The notes beneath the pieces are model-generated. The model was not told the DNA's origin. It saw nothing but the letters and a program-made list of their open reading frames with translations, and ran no database searches. From NCBI GenBank assembly GCA_963664015.2, contig CAXXLF010000002.1, positions 320,001-384,000 on the forward strand: a stretch of 64,000 bases of DNA. Reading direction: 5' to 3'. Below are positions 40,306-51,674 of this stretch, one piece after another. Source of the DNA: Candidatus Binatia bacterium. GTDB taxonomy: Bacteria; Desulfobacterota; Binatia; UBA9968; CAXXLF01. The position numbers and the translations under genes are program-made. The stretch's first letter is position 1; each line of letters opens with the position of its first letter.

Positions 40306-41682
40306 TCAATGAGCCCCGACCTGTGCCGCCTCGATTCTACCGCTGCCCCGTGACATTGAGAAGGAAAGAGCCACTAGGGCAAGGCTTGGAGCCACCCCAT
40401 GAGTAATATTGACTGCGGACACGTAAGCCAACGGATTTTCCGGATTCGGTACCGCATCAGCAACTCCCAAATAGTATTGGAACGCCAGAGATAGGAAGAG
40501 CCCACCAAGGGAAACCCCCAGCATATGACCAAGATCAAACGCCGAGTGGACCATTCCGCTGGCGAACCCCCTATCTTCCTTTGGGACAGAGCCAATCATG
40601 GCAGCTAGGTTAGCCGAATTGAAGAATGCTGTGGCGACACCGGTCAGGGATAACATGAGTGTCGGAAGAAGCCAGTGAGAGTCCTTTCGCAACAGAATCC
40701 CCACAACAAGCACCAAGATCGAGAAAAGCACTCCCAGAGAAGCGGGAATTCGAGGTCCGATCCTATCGGTCAGAGAACCGACCAACGGAGCTAAGGATAG
40801 GGTAAAAACCGGTGACGTTAAGTACATAATTTCCATGAGTGAAGGGGGGATGAACAGAATCCCTTGAATATAAAAGGGCAGCAGAAACCCAACTAGTCCT
40901 CGGGTGATGAAAAGCGCAATCAGACTGATCAAGCTAAAGGCAAACATCCGGATCCTAAACAGCGAAAGATTTATAATGGGACTGGATACTCGGTTTTCGT
41001 GGACGAGAAACCTCCCAACCACCCCTGCAAGGATAAGCCGCAGAACCCCTCGATGATTAATCCCAAAAAACTCACCCGCCCTCCGATCAAGCAAAAGGGT
41101 AAAGACAACCGTAACGGCGATCAGAAGTAGCGCTCCTTGAGAATCGATGGAACGAGGTCCATCTTTCTTTTCCGTCTCGATAACCTTTCTCCTTCCCATC
41201 AGACACAGAGTCATACATGCCAGGCCGATGGGAACCAGTAAGAAGAAGACCCCGCGCCAGCTGACATATTCGACAATAAACCCGCCAAGGGGAGGTTCAA
41301 TAAAAAACCCAGAATGAAAAGCCATGGTCATATAGCTCTGGCCTTTTCCCTCAGATCCCTCGGGTAAGGCTTCGATTGCCAACGCCCGTCCCACAGCCTG
41401 AGTCATGGCTGCACCGAATCCTGAGAAATCCCGCAAAGAAAAGCCCCTAGGGTCATGATTGCAAACCTAACCGTGTAAATCCCCCCACGCCCCTAGAGGT
41501 CCCCCAATCGACCAAATACGACCGAAAAGGAGATACTGGCTAGTTGATAAGGAAATGAGAGCCCACGAAATCCCCAGGATATCCGTCCCCAAGCTATTGG
41601 CCACGCTGGGGAGAGAAATCAAGAATATCCTTGCCGACAACCCAGCAAGGAAATTTTCCACCAACGTATTTATGAGAATCAC
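40306..41682 (-). pseudogene. DHA2-type MFS transporter with a fragmented N-terminus
   Basis: ISLPSVANSLGTD fragment (41467-41682) is disconnected from the main ORF (SWRGVFFLLVPIG). Confidence 0.75.
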
Positions 41683-41789
41683 CCATTGGACCTCCTTTTG
41701 GTTTGACCGTCATCCTTACGTTACAATCAGCTCCACTAACGAAATCTTATATGCAATATCTATCTCATGGGATTTGATTTCTCGTCCCA

Positions 41790-42365
41790 TCACGGAATCT
41801 TGGCCCCCGGTTTTTTTCCATGGTCGGTCTCCCGGTCATACCGTTCCGACCGAGCATTGTATTCCTCGATAATCTTCTGACCGAGGCGGTTGGCTGCACG
41901 CTTCAATAAAGTACAATTCTCCTTCGGCCCCATGCTGAGGATCTCCTGTTCGACTTTTTCACCAGCCTCAACGGCCAGGGCCTTATGCCCGTTTTCGTGA
42001 GCGACCAGAATCTGGTAGAAGCGGTCCCATTCCCGCTTGTCCCGAGAACCCGCATTTCCATAACCAACCCACTTGGGTAAAGTTATGGTCACGTTAATCC
42101 GCGCGGTGATGTCAATGACTTCGCAGGATCTGCTTTTGACGGTCCACCGCATATTCCATTTTACGTACCATGAGGTGTTGGCGTGGAATGCCTCCGTACC
42201 GCGGCGAATAGGGGTTTCTGCGTCCAACTCTCGCCTGAGCTATTCAATAGCATCAGCCTCGACTTCGTAATAAACTGTCTTCAGATTGATTCGGGGTGCC
42301 GCACTGGCCAGTGAGCCAATTGAGCCGATAGAATAAACCAACACCAAAGATAGCAATCGCATCAT
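41790..42365 (-). pseudogene. DUF922-type secreted Zn-protease-like protein with in-frame TAG at 42240-42242
   Basis: Signal peptide, YYEVEA..., TITLPKW, HENGH, YDRETDHG. Confidence 0.78.
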
Positions 42366-42611
42366 GACGCCGCACATCACCCCATGGTTTCGATGAAAGC
42401 GCATTTCGTAAATTCTTGACGAAAATCCTTACCACCGATATTCCACATATAATATGACATATCATTTCATCGCAAAGAAAAACACCTGATCGATTCATTC
42501 GAAGGGACCCGGATTTTGATCAAACGGATGGCGAGATATACGATTAAGATAACGTGCAGATCCACCTATGAACAGCAATGAATGCGAGTCGCGCAAGGAA
42601 CTAAAGTTTAT

Positions 42612-43772
42612 TCAGTAGGGACTGGGCACCTGATTACCAAGCTGGACCGGTTGTCCTTTTTTATTGGACTCCAGTATGGCTAAGCAAGCCTCCAGGGTTG
42701 CCTTGGCCCACCTCCCATCCGGATAAACAGAATTCTTCCCGTCGAGAGCCTCCTGCAGCGCCACCAAGGCTCCCGTAACCGACGCCCTTCCCTCTCCGGG
42801 ATAACCACCACAGGGGATTTCCTGGCAACCCTCAGCCGTGTAGAGGTAGAGTCCAGTGGGGGACTGACGGAGATCTCCTTTTTCGCAGCTCAAAATGGTA
42901 AAACCGTAAAAGGGTTGTCCCTGCTTTTCATCCGACCCGTAGAAGTAATCCGGTCGTTTCGTTGAGCTGTATTTAGTCGACTCATTAGCTGCCTGCGTAT
43001 AGCGATCTTCTGATTTAAGGCTGGAACGACTCATGCCATGAGTCAACTCGGAAGTGCTGAAGAATCCGTATCCGTTCATGATCATGGTAGCGGGTGTCCC
43101 GTTTTCGAATTGGGCAAAGGCCGTATAGTTGCCCTCGGTGTCAAAATTTGGGTCCCACTTCCCGGTCACCGCCCGGACATCCCGAATCAAACCACCCCCC
43201 AAACATCGAACGATGTCCGCCTGGTGGGGCGCCTGCCGGTATACCACCCCGCCTCCGGATTCGGTGTTGAGCTCCGAAGCAAGCCGGGGCTTCCGTTGCA
43301 GCCAGCCTCCGTACATCCAGGTATTGATCTGAATCACCCGTCCAATCTTCCCGCTCCGAACGATTTCGGCCATCTTTCTGATAGGCGGGTCATAGATCCG
43401 GGAGTGACCGTAAACCAGCTTGACTCCGGCCTTCTCAGCTCCCTCAATAATCTGATCGCAACCCTCAAGGGTTAAGGCCAGAGGCTTCACAATAACCACG
43501 TGCTTGCCGTTTTTGATCGCTGCCATCGCATGATCGACGTGGAATTTATTGGGCGTCGCCACGTAGACGACATCCACCTCGTTGCTTTCACACATTGCAT
43601 CGACTGATAGAAACCCACGGACCCCATGTGCCTTCTTCTGGGCTTCTAAGGCATCCTCCCGCGTATCGGCAACTGCCGAAAGGCTCAATCCGGGGATCTC
43701 GGGGACCGCCTGCACGACCTGGCTTCCCGCATCCCCCAGGCCGGCGACACCAACCTTAAGTGTGGGGCTCAT
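42612..43772 (-). CDS. Gfo/Idh/MocA oxidoreductase (dihydrodiol dehydrogenase-like)
   Basis: True start MSPTLKVGVAGLG at 43772; ATPNKFH, KP, GGGVVYRQAPHQAD. Confidence 0.9.
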   Translation of the reverse strand: MSPTLKVGVAGLGDAGSQVVQAVPEIPGLSLSAVADTREDALEAQKKAHGVRGFLSVDAMCESNEVDVVYVATPNKFHVDHAMAAIKNGKHVVIVKPLALTLEGCDQIIEGAEKAGVKLVYGHSRIYDPPIRKMAEIVRSGKIGRVIQINTWMYGGWLQRKPRLASELNTESGGGVVYRQAPHQADIVRCLGGGLIRDVRAVTGKWDPNFDTEGNYTAFAQFENGTPATMIMNGYGFFSTSELTHGMSRSSLKSEDRYTQAANESTKYSSTKRPDYFYGSDEKQGQPFYGFTILSCEKGDLRQSPTGLYLYTAEGCQEIPCGGYPGEGRASVTGALVALQEALDGKNSVYPDGRWAKATLEACLAILESNKKGQPVQLGNQVPSPY

Positions 43773-45060
43773 CTGTGGACTCCTTCCCTTCCTCCAAGTT
43801 AGCTGCCTGATCAAAGAGATCCTGTATCTGGTCCGATAGCTGGCTATACTTTCCCACGTTGCCTCTGCGCCGCTGGTCGGTCTGCACCCTCTTGAACCCA
43901 CCTCGCCTAGATTTCTCTTCATGAGGAAGATCAATGCAGATGTTCTTCGATGGATCTCGGAAGACGTTGATGGGGTCTTCCCCCCTCTCGACTTTCTCCA
44001 GTTGCTCGCGCAACATTTTTCTGTACTCGATAATCCCCACATCCGATTCCCCAAGTTTTTCCAGCGTACGGTCGGCGATGGGTCCCTGGGTAAACCACAT
44101 GGCCATGTCCTGCCCGCTATTATTGTCCAAAAGGGACCACCGCGGCTGCCCGACCTCATCCACCGTCGGTAATGGAACGTTAAAATAGGGGATGGTCTCC
44201 TGCTCCGGGACCTCTACGCCGGCTCCGGGCGACCAGGCTTTGAGGACGATTTGACAGGTGTGCGTGTCATCAATGGGGACTCGACACTGCAGGGCCCCGT
44301 CGCTGGCTGAGAGCCCACTGCGAAGAATGTGGGGGAACAGAACCGGATGCCCGGCACGCCAGTCGTCATCCTCTTCACTTCCCCCTTCAAGGACCCGTCG
44401 CTTGATAATCCCATGTTCGAACACAGAAAATCCGATCTTTTCGTGATGAAAGACTTTTCGTTTCAAATCCGGTTGGCCAAGCCGTTCCACCACGTACTGG
44501 TCAAAATGTCCGTGCAGCCACTCGACGTGAACTGGATCCAAGGAGTTTTCCATACATTGAAGCCAGTTACACGGGATCACGGACCATCCAGCCTCACGCA
44601 GTACCCCCGGTTGAACGAGGAGGTCCCAACGGGGCAAGAGGGGCGCCGGCTGGGGCCCAAGGTAGGCCCAGATTAAGCCTCCCAGCTCCTCCACCGCGTA
44701 AGCTTTGATCGTAACTCTGTCCTTGAAAGAGCTACCGGCCGGTTCCGCCGGCTGCTCCAGACACCTCCCCTGGGCGTCGAACTTCCACCCGTGGTAGGCG
44801 CAGCGCAGGCCATCAGCCTCAGGGATACCGTATAGCAAGGAAACACGCCGATGGGGGCAGGTATCGTCAATCAACCCCAGGCGTCCTGTTCGATCCCTAT
44901 AGAGAACCAGCGATTCCCCCAGTATTTTTATCAGTTTCGTCCCATGGCCCATTAATTCCGCCGACCCTCCTATGGGGTACCAGTAGCGCCTGAGAAGTTC
45001 TCCCATGGGAGTACCGGGACTCACGCGAGACAGTCTTTCATTTTCTTCCGCACTTATCAT
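43756..45060 (-). CDS. Rieske non-heme iron oxygenase alpha subunit (phthalate 4,5-dioxygenase-like)
   Basis: PGTPMGELLRRYW, CPHR...CAYHGW, ENSLDPVHVEWLH, QD. Confidence 0.93.
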   Translation of the reverse strand: MISAEENERLSRVSPGTPMGELLRRYWYPIGGSAELMGHGTKLIKILGESLVLYRDRTGRLGLIDDTCPHRRVSLLYGIPEADGLRCAYHGWKFDAQGRCLEQPAEPAGSSFKDRVTIKAYAVEELGGLIWAYLGPQPAPLLPRWDLLVQPGVLREAGWSVIPCNWLQCMENSLDPVHVEWLHGHFDQYVVERLGQPDLKRKVFHHEKIGFSVFEHGIIKRRVLEGGSEEDDDWRAGHPVLFPHILRSGLSASDGALQCRVPIDDTHTCQIVLKAWSPGAGVEVPEQETIPYFNVPLPTVDEVGQPRWSLLDNNSGQDMAMWFTQGPIADRTLEKLGESDVGIIEYRKMLREQLEKVERGEDPINVFRDPSKNICIDLPHEEKSRRGGFKRVQTDQRRRGNVGKYSQLSDQIQDLFDQAANLEEGKESTDEPHT

Positions 45061-45301
45061 CGATGGTTCCTCCTTGCATTAAACGGCCAGCGCCAGATTC
45101 GATTATCTATTTTATTCGGCCCAGGATGGCAAGCCGCCCCGTAGCTCAATAATGGTTGCCCTAATCCTTAGCACGGCACGTAAGGACTCCCTGTAACGAA
45201 CTCTGGATTCTCGAACAGCCAGGCACCCATTCTCTATGAACGGGACGCTTAACCACCCCCCCTCCTTTTAAAGGTTGCGGTAATGCGCTCCAGTTCCAGG
45301 C

Positions 45302-45690
45302 TTAAATCTCTTTAGCTATTGGATCGTTGATATGTGGAGGGGTCCTGGATGCCTTTCCCCAATTACGGGTGGCTTTCCTGGAAGCCGGGGCAGGCACCCC
45401 CTTGGAGACAAAATAGGGTGCAGACGTGGGCCTGATAGAATTGTTGAAGTTAAGCAGCTTCTTTTTCATATCAGTATCGGCAAATTGCTCCAGAGTCGAA
45501 AGCCCCTGTGGGAATCCAGGAACCACCTCCGCACCTTGCCCGACGGCGTTCTTGACCGTAACCGGAAACGAAAATTCGCCGATCCAGTGAGGCGTACCTC
45601 TCAGGATTCCAGGAATACTCTGGGACTCAGCACCGGTTTTAATCCTGATTCATACAAACAGCCTGATGCCAAGTTAGGCCTCGGCCCCTG
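45302..45690 (-). pseudogene. Possible TctC/Bug solute-binding protein remnant
   Basis: Fragment GLSTLEQFADTDMKKKLL...APYFVSKGVP resembles a TctC C-terminal half; weak. Confidence 0.3.
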
Positions 45691-46009
45691 GGACTTCTCA
45701 ACTACCGTTTTTTACACCCCACACCGTGCAACGAGATATCCAGCTCGCCCTATTGTCAAAATCAATTTTTACTATTGTGTTTCGGTGGTTAGTCTTATGG
45801 GGTTAGCCCAGAAACACCCAAAGAGGGAGCTCTACGGCTGGGATAATCGGTCACTGCGTAAGGGACTGGCATGGTGACAATTTTCCTGACATACTGAGAA
45901 AGTCTCCCTGCGGACCGACAGGTAAACAACCCCATGAATTCCGTCAACCGAGACCTCTAACCCTACAAACGATGCCCCATTGGCGGAACCTTGGAGAAGA
46001 GGATCAAAC

Positions 46010-46498
46010 ATGCCATCTTTTGATATCGTTTCGGAAGTGAACACAGACGAAGTAACCAATGCGGTGAATCAAGGCAACCAGGACGTCGGAACACGTTTCG
46101 ATTTTAAAGGATCCAACGCAAAATTCGAGCTCGAAGACAAGCAAGTAACCATGCGCGCCCCGAACGATTTTCAACTCAAACAGATGTACGATATTCTCAC
46201 AGGACGGCTGGCCAAGCGCGGAGTGGATATCCGCTGTTTGCATACTGACCCACCTCAAGTTAACGTTTCGAACGCCTGGCAGGTTGTTACCGTCCGGCAG
46301 GGGATTGAAACGGACCTAGCTAAGAAAATCGTAAAAATGATTAAGGACGAGAAATACAAGGTCCAGGCTGCCATTCAGGGAGAGAAGATCCGAGTCACAG
46401 GCAAGAAAAGGGATGATCTCCAACAGGTGATAGGCATGCTCAAAGAGGCCAAGGACAAATTAGAACTCCCGCTTCAATACACTAACTACCGTGATTAA
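46010..46498 (+). CDS. yajQ: YajQ family nucleotide-binding protein
   Basis: MPSFDIVSEV, RFDFKGS, VQAAIQG, RVTGKKRDDLQ, NYRD. Confidence 0.96.
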   Translation: MPSFDIVSEVNTDEVTNAVNQGNQDVGTRFDFKGSNAKFELEDKQVTMRAPNDFQLKQMYDILTGRLAKRGVDIRCLHTDPPQVNVSNAWQVVTVRQGIETDLAKKIVKMIKDEKYKVQAAIQGEKIRVTGKKRDDLQQVIGMLKEAKDKLELPLQYTNYRD

Positions 46499-46989
46499 AC
46501 CACTCCGCTCTCTGAATACACACCTGGCGAATTCTTGCGGCGAGTACCAAGACTTGCCCTAATCCCCGCGCTCCTTTCGGTCTGCGAAAAGGCCTAGGCT
46601 CGTTATCACAACCCCGAAAACTACGATGATGAGCAGTATCAGAAAAAACGGGTTAAGGGTTACGAGAAAAAAGGTAACTAGGCAAACGGAAAAACACGCA
46701 CCGAACGAGCATGGTGGAAGGATAGAGAGCGGTCACCTGCAACCAAATAAACTGCACCACGAAGAAACCCAGCCCGATTAAAAGCATGCCGACAACGCGG
46801 AGAACGATAGTTTCGTCTTCCTTGTTGGAGAGGAGCAATGTCATGGTTAATCGGGCCGTCAAGAGCAAGCCAAATTCCAAAACACATCAAGATAATAATA
46901 GCTCAGAGGCATGATGTGCCCGGCAAGACTCCCTGAATCGGCTTTGTCATATGAAACCGGGCCGAACAGAATAAAGAAACCACTGGTAA

Positions 46990-47421
46990 GGTAGGACAAC
47001 CTGGAATTGATATTCAATACGTTCGGCGTACTAAAAATACCCCCCCCCAGGGCCGTAGCACCCGGTAGGCTTCCTTTATAAAACCCACTGGGCTCTCCAG
47101 ATGCTCAATGAGCTCGATGGCGAAGACCGTATCGTAGCTATTATCTTCGTATGGAAGGGAATTGACGAAGTCGAAATGATCGCATTGGACACCTGGGTAT
47201 CTAAACTGCTGGGGCAGAAGGTCTCATGCTGTAAGTATCTCACTCGGCGTACCCCCGAGTTTATTGATATGTTCCCCCAATTCCTGGGCCATGTAACCAC
47301 GCCCGGCGCCGATCTCCAGCATCCTAGTTCCCAAAACCTGACCTTCGGTAATCAGTGAGAACACTTTCCGGTTGGTCGTAAGGTTTGAAGCTGGCCTGAT
47401 GGTTTCAAATAACACGCTCAT
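46990..47421 (-). pseudogene. Class I SAM methyltransferase, fragmented
   Basis: MLEIGAGRG motif I; later IELIEHLE and FSTPNVLNINSR lie in other frames. Confidence 0.65.
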
Positions 47422-47461
47422 TTTAAATCCGAAGGCTAAACCCCACAGGGAAAGATAATGG

Positions 47462-48520
47462 CTACGGCTTGATATCCTGCAAAAACCAATCCGTAGGCAC
47501 CTCGTGTCCCAGTCCCATCTTCAGGCAACCAAAATAAACCGAGTAGCCCACCGCCGCGAACTGCATCCCAGTTCCGATATTGTTTAAGAAGAAAGTCGTC
47601 TGATTGTCGTTGATCCGTGTAGGCCCATGTCCGGCCACAAGATCCGTTATTTCAGGGAATTGCCCCCAATCCCGATCTTTCTCACGCCTTACGCCGGGAA
47701 AGTCATCCTCCTGCCCTGGGGGCAGGTAATGAATTACTCCGCCAAAACGTGTATGAATGGCAACCACATCGCACCGGGTAAAGACACTCTCCTCGACCTC
47801 GAATTCTCTGATCGCATTGTAGTGCATGCCCGACTCTATCATGGTGCCCGTAATGATAGACTTCGATGCATTGGTAGCCGTGCAGATAATATCACAATTT
47901 TTAACTGCCTCTTCCACGCTGGATACCTCCTGCAGGTCGATCCCGCATTCGGCCCCCATAGTCTTTACAAACTCTTTTCGGTGGACTGGATTCGGGCTGA
48001 ACACCCGTACAACCGAGATCGGGCGCACGGTGATCAGCGAGCGCAGATGCGCACGGGCCTGATCCCCCGTGCCAATAAGGGCCAGGGTCGCACTGTCTTC
48101 ACGGGCCAGGTACTTGACGCCAAGCGCACTCGTAATGGCAACCCTTGCTTGCTGTATGAGCCCATCGGGCATGATGGCCAGAGGCTCACCGGTCTCGATG
48201 CTGAAAAGTTGGACCATACCAACGAACTTACCTCCCGGGGCAAGGGGGAGTTTATTGAGCCGTAAGGTTCCGCTCGTCTCTTCTTCCCTGACAATGTCGG
48301 AGCAGATTCTCAAAGCCATGACATTAAACTTGGCTATTCCCCCTTCGACGGATTTGAAACTATAGGTGCTGCTCGCCATGGAATGCGGCAAATAGGACTG
48401 AGTCGTCGGACGGTTTACTGCCCGGCTCAGTCCCAGTTCCCTGTAGGCATCTTCACAAATGGCCAGACACTCGTCCCGGTCCAGCGCCTTCTGAACATCA
48501 TGGTTATTGAGTATGAGCAT
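47462..48520 (-). CDS. Ornithine cyclodeaminase/mu-crystallin family protein
   Basis: ARVAITSALGVKYLAR, IGTGDQA, TATN, GTGMQFAA. Confidence 0.9.
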   Translation of the reverse strand: MLILNNHDVQKALDRDECLAICEDAYRELGLSRAVNRPTTQSYLPHSMASSTYSFKSVEGGIAKFNVMALRICSDIVREEETSGTLRLNKLPLAPGGKFVGMVQLFSIETGEPLAIMPDGLIQQARVAITSALGVKYLAREDSATLALIGTGDQARAHLRSLITVRPISVVRVFSPNPVHRKEFVKTMGAECGIDLQEVSSVEEAVKNCDIICTATNASKSIITGTMIESGMHYNAIREFEVEESVFTRCDVVAIHTRFGGVIHYLPPGQEDDFPGVRREKDRDWGQFPEITDLVAGHGPTRINDNQTTFFLNNIGTGMQFAAVGYSVYFGCLKMGLGHEVPTDWFLQDIKP

Positions 48521-48641
48521 TATGGATTAAATTTTTCTTCAACCTACCTTTCACATCTTCACATAGCTCCTTCCTGGTACTCATTAAAATCAACCAGGTT
48601 TCTTGGCACGTCCATTGACACGGTTCTTATCCCTTCCCTCC

Positions 48642-48947
48642 TTAGCCCTTTTGTAGCTTTGACGCGACGCTATCAATCTTGTCCTGCATGGACTGATCCC
48701 GATCGACGCGTGAACCGAGCCGGATGGAGGTGCTAATACGCGGTGCGCCCATTTTATGGACGGTCTCATGACAACGCTGGATCGCCTGAAGGACCGACTC
48801 GAAGTCCCCTTCGATGTTGGTTCCGTAAGCATGGAGTTTTGGGTTAAGCCCGGCTTCAAGAAAGATCTTCTCACAGGCAGCGATGTACTCGGAAACAGAT
48901 ACACCGACCCCGATAGGAACAATGCACACATCCGCGATAGCTTTCAT
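48642..48947 (-). CDS. MTH1187 family thiamine-binding protein
   Basis: VPIGVGVSVSEYIA, LHAYGTNIEGD, MGAPRI. Confidence 0.92.
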   Translation of the reverse strand: MKAIADVCIVPIGVGVSVSEYIAACEKIFLEAGLNPKLHAYGTNIEGDFESVLQAIQRCHETVHKMGAPRISTSIRLGSRVDRDQSMQDKIDSVASKLQKG

Positions 48948-49112
48948 AAAGCACTTACGCTCCTTACTGGAAGCAAATGAAGCTGAGCAATCCTATTAGC
49001 CTATTTGCCCACTTGCCCTACGAGCGAACCTATCATTAGCAAAGTTACGTGCTCAAGGAAACCAAGTACGCCTATCCACTTTCGAGTTTGACCCTACGGA
49101 CAGTCCTTGAAT

Positions 49113-50300
49113 TCAATCTTTACGTGCGGCGGGAGGCTGTTTTCCAAAGACAAGAAAAATCACAGAACCGATAATCACCACCGCAGCTGACACCAGATAC
49201 AGGGAAGAAAAGTTTTTATTCGTGAGATCCAGTAGGATTCCCAGGGACATTGCACCGATACCGATTCCCAGATCGTGAAAGGTCTGGAATTGAGCCATGG
49301 AAAGACCCCGGCGCGCCGGTGGTACCCAGTCGATGGCCAGGGTCATAAGGCCTGGATGAGCGGAACCAAATCCCAGACCATTGATGCCTGCAGCGACCAA
49401 TAGCATAGTCATGGAACTGGAAAAGGCCACCAGTAGGAGACCCACAATCTGCAGAATAAGACCTGGAATGATCACCGCATGCCGGCTAAAACGGTCGGAT
49501 AGGGGACCTGCAATGGGTCGGCAAATGATCACGAAGCCGGCTTCCACTGCGAAATAATAGGCGGGGTTGCCCAATTGCTCCTGTAACACGAAAAGCGGAA
49601 TATAGGTTGAAATCCCCGCATGCCCAAACGCCAGGAACCCCATAATCGCTCCTGGCAGGAATGACTCCCGCACAAAGAGGAGCTCCCACCAACTCCGCCG
49701 ACCTCCATCCCGTTCTATCTCTCTATGGGGCTCCTTGATTGGAAGTGCAAAGATAAAACTTAGAAGAATCACTCCGAGGACGACCAAAAACATCCCATGA
49801 AATCCGTAACGATAGTAGGCCGCAAATCCGGCGATGGGCCCCAACGCCCCTCCCACATTGCTTGCCAAACCGGCATAGGCGATCATGGCCCCCCGCCGCT
49901 TGCCGGGAGCGATGTCTGCGGCCAAAGTACTAACGGTTGTCGTGCACCCGGACCATCCAAGGCCGTGAACCATCCTAAAAATCACCAGGAAGATGAGACC
50001 GGGAGCCCATGCATAACCCAGCGTGGCAACGGCAAGCAACACGATACCCAACAGGAGATATCGCTTTCGCCCGGAGCGATCGATCAACATGCCGACGAAG
50101 GGTCGGCTCACCGTCGCCATCATGGTAAACGACGACATGATGAATCCGATCAATGCTCCCGACGCTCCGAGACTGGCCAGGTAGACGGGGAAGACCGGAT
50201 TCACTTGCCGGAAGGAGAAAAATATACCGAACCGTGAGATCGCAACTAGAACGAAATCACGCACCCAGTTGGTAGGCTGGATTTCCTCCGGCTCAGCCAT
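49113..50300 (-). CDS. MFS transporter
   Basis: GMLIDRSGRK and GPLSDRFSR loops; about 12 TM segments. Confidence 0.92.
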   Translation of the reverse strand: MAEPEEIQPTNWVRDFVLVAISRFGIFFSFRQVNPVFPVYLASLGASGALIGFIMSSFTMMATVSRPFVGMLIDRSGRKRYLLLGIVLLAVATLGYAWAPGLIFLVIFRMVHGLGWSGCTTTVSTLAADIAPGKRRGAMIAYAGLASNVGGALGPIAGFAAYYRYGFHGMFLVVLGVILLSFIFALPIKEPHREIERDGGRRSWWELLFVRESFLPGAIMGFLAFGHAGISTYIPLFVLQEQLGNPAYYFAVEAGFVIICRPIAGPLSDRFSRHAVIIPGLILQIVGLLLVAFSSSMTMLLVAAGINGLGFGSAHPGLMTLAIDWVPPARRGLSMAQFQTFHDLGIGIGAMSLGILLDLTNKNFSSLYLVSAAVVIIGSVIFLVFGKQPPAARKD

Positions 50301-50470
50301 TGGGACTCGTCATCGAACGATAGCAGGGGCTGGTTCGTGAACCCTTTCGTTGGACCGGCTGAGAATTGAACGGGGAAAGTCGAAATAAGCAAAAACACTT
50401 GTTGCACATGCGGTTATTCTTTCCTATTGAAGTTAACCGACCCTTTCTCTTTAATCAACCTGATACCGGG

Positions 50471-50498
50471 TTGACATCTCAGTCCCGTATCGGATAAT
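50471..50498 (+). promoter_or_regulatory. Putative sigma70 promoter
   Basis: TTGACA-N16-GATAAT before the amidohydrolase pair. Confidence 0.5.
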
Positions 50499-50531
50499 AG
50501 CTCCAATGCGACATGGAAGGCGGGAATTCTA

Positions 50532-51650
50532 ATGTCTGGAGTCGTTGATGCCGATACCCATATCATCGAGCATCCGGAAATGTGGGAGTGCTTCGACCGC
50601 GAGATGTATCACCGCCGGCCTGTCCTGGCGTCGACTACGGCGGACAGCGTCTACGGCCGCAATAACCAGCTGTGGCTCATTGACGGAACGGCGATTCCAA
50701 AGCGTTCCGGAAAGGGTAGCGCCATTGTTGCTGTCGGCGGCTCCGACAGTGAAAACTCGCGGACCGACATTGCCGCCTCCGTGCGCTACATCACGGACCC
50801 TGGGGCCCGCGTGCGGGATATGGACAAAAGGGGCGTGGATACGGAGATCGTCTACCCCACGTTACTCCTCGCCTATGTGACCCACGACGTCGACCTGGAA
50901 GTCGCTATCTGCCGGGCCTACAACCGATACATGGCCCGAGCCTGGCGCGACGCAGGTGATCGCTTACGGTGGGTTGTGGTACCACCGCTCAGGAATATGG
51001 CAGAGTCGGTCAGGGAGATTGAGACGGCCCACGACAATGGGGCGGTCGGGGTCTTCTTCCGTGGAGTGGAAGGTGACCGCTCGCTGGCCGAAAGCTATTT
51101 TTTCCCCGTCTACGAAGCCGCCAACAAATTAAAAATGGCCATATGCGTCCACACAGGCGCCGGCTCACCCGGGATCTCCAATGTCTTTGACCGCAGTTTC
51201 AGTCATAACCTGCCCCATGTGCGTTCCCTGCCGCTCTTTGCATTCCGCGACATCGTGGCCCACAAGATTCCCGAGCGTTTTCCAGACCTACGTTTCGGCT
51301 TCATCGAAGCGTCAGCGTCGTGGGTGCCCTACGTTCTTCATCACCTAAGCCGTTCCAGCCGCTTCAACCTCAGCTCCCCGGCAGACGCCGACCCAGCGCT
51401 CCAATGGGGCCCCAAACTATTCCGGGATTACCGGCTCTATGTTGCGGTCGAAACCGATGAAGACCTTGGCTACCTCCTCCATCATATCGGCGAGAACAAT
51501 ATGATCATAGGATCCGACTACGGCCATACGGACCAATCAAGGGACTCGGGCATGGTCGCACTCATGCGCAAGCGGGAGGATATTTCTCCGGCGGTTATCG
51601 AAAAAATTTTATGCGAGAACTCACGGCGCTTTTACGCACTACCCAGGTAG
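50532..51650 (+). CDS. Amidohydrolase_2 family protein
   Basis: DADTH, YPT, CVH, FGFIEA, GSDYGH. Confidence 0.92.
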   Translation: MSGVVDADTHIIEHPEMWECFDREMYHRRPVLASTTADSVYGRNNQLWLIDGTAIPKRSGKGSAIVAVGGSDSENSRTDIAASVRYITDPGARVRDMDKRGVDTEIVYPTLLLAYVTHDVDLEVAICRAYNRYMARAWRDAGDRLRWVVVPPLRNMAESVREIETAHDNGAVGVFFRGVEGDRSLAESYFFPVYEAANKLKMAICVHTGAGSPGISNVFDRSFSHNLPHVRSLPLFAFRDIVAHKIPERFPDLRFGFIEASASWVPYVLHHLSRSSRFNLSSPADADPALQWGPKLFRDYRLYVAVETDEDLGYLLHHIGENNMIIGSDYGHTDQSRDSGMVALMRKREDISPAVIEKILCENSRRFYALPR

Positions 51651-51674
51651 TGGGGGTGCCGCATAGGAGGAATC

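Noticed and set aside
42547-42567. attC-like half site GGTGGATCTGCAC-GTTATCT upstream of the DUF922 gene
   Set aside because: No complementary left arm found; could be chance.
43773-44159. N-terminal extension of the 515-aa Gfo/Idh/MocA ORF
   Set aside because: Out-of-frame overlap with the Rieske gene; the Rossmann fold starts at 43772.
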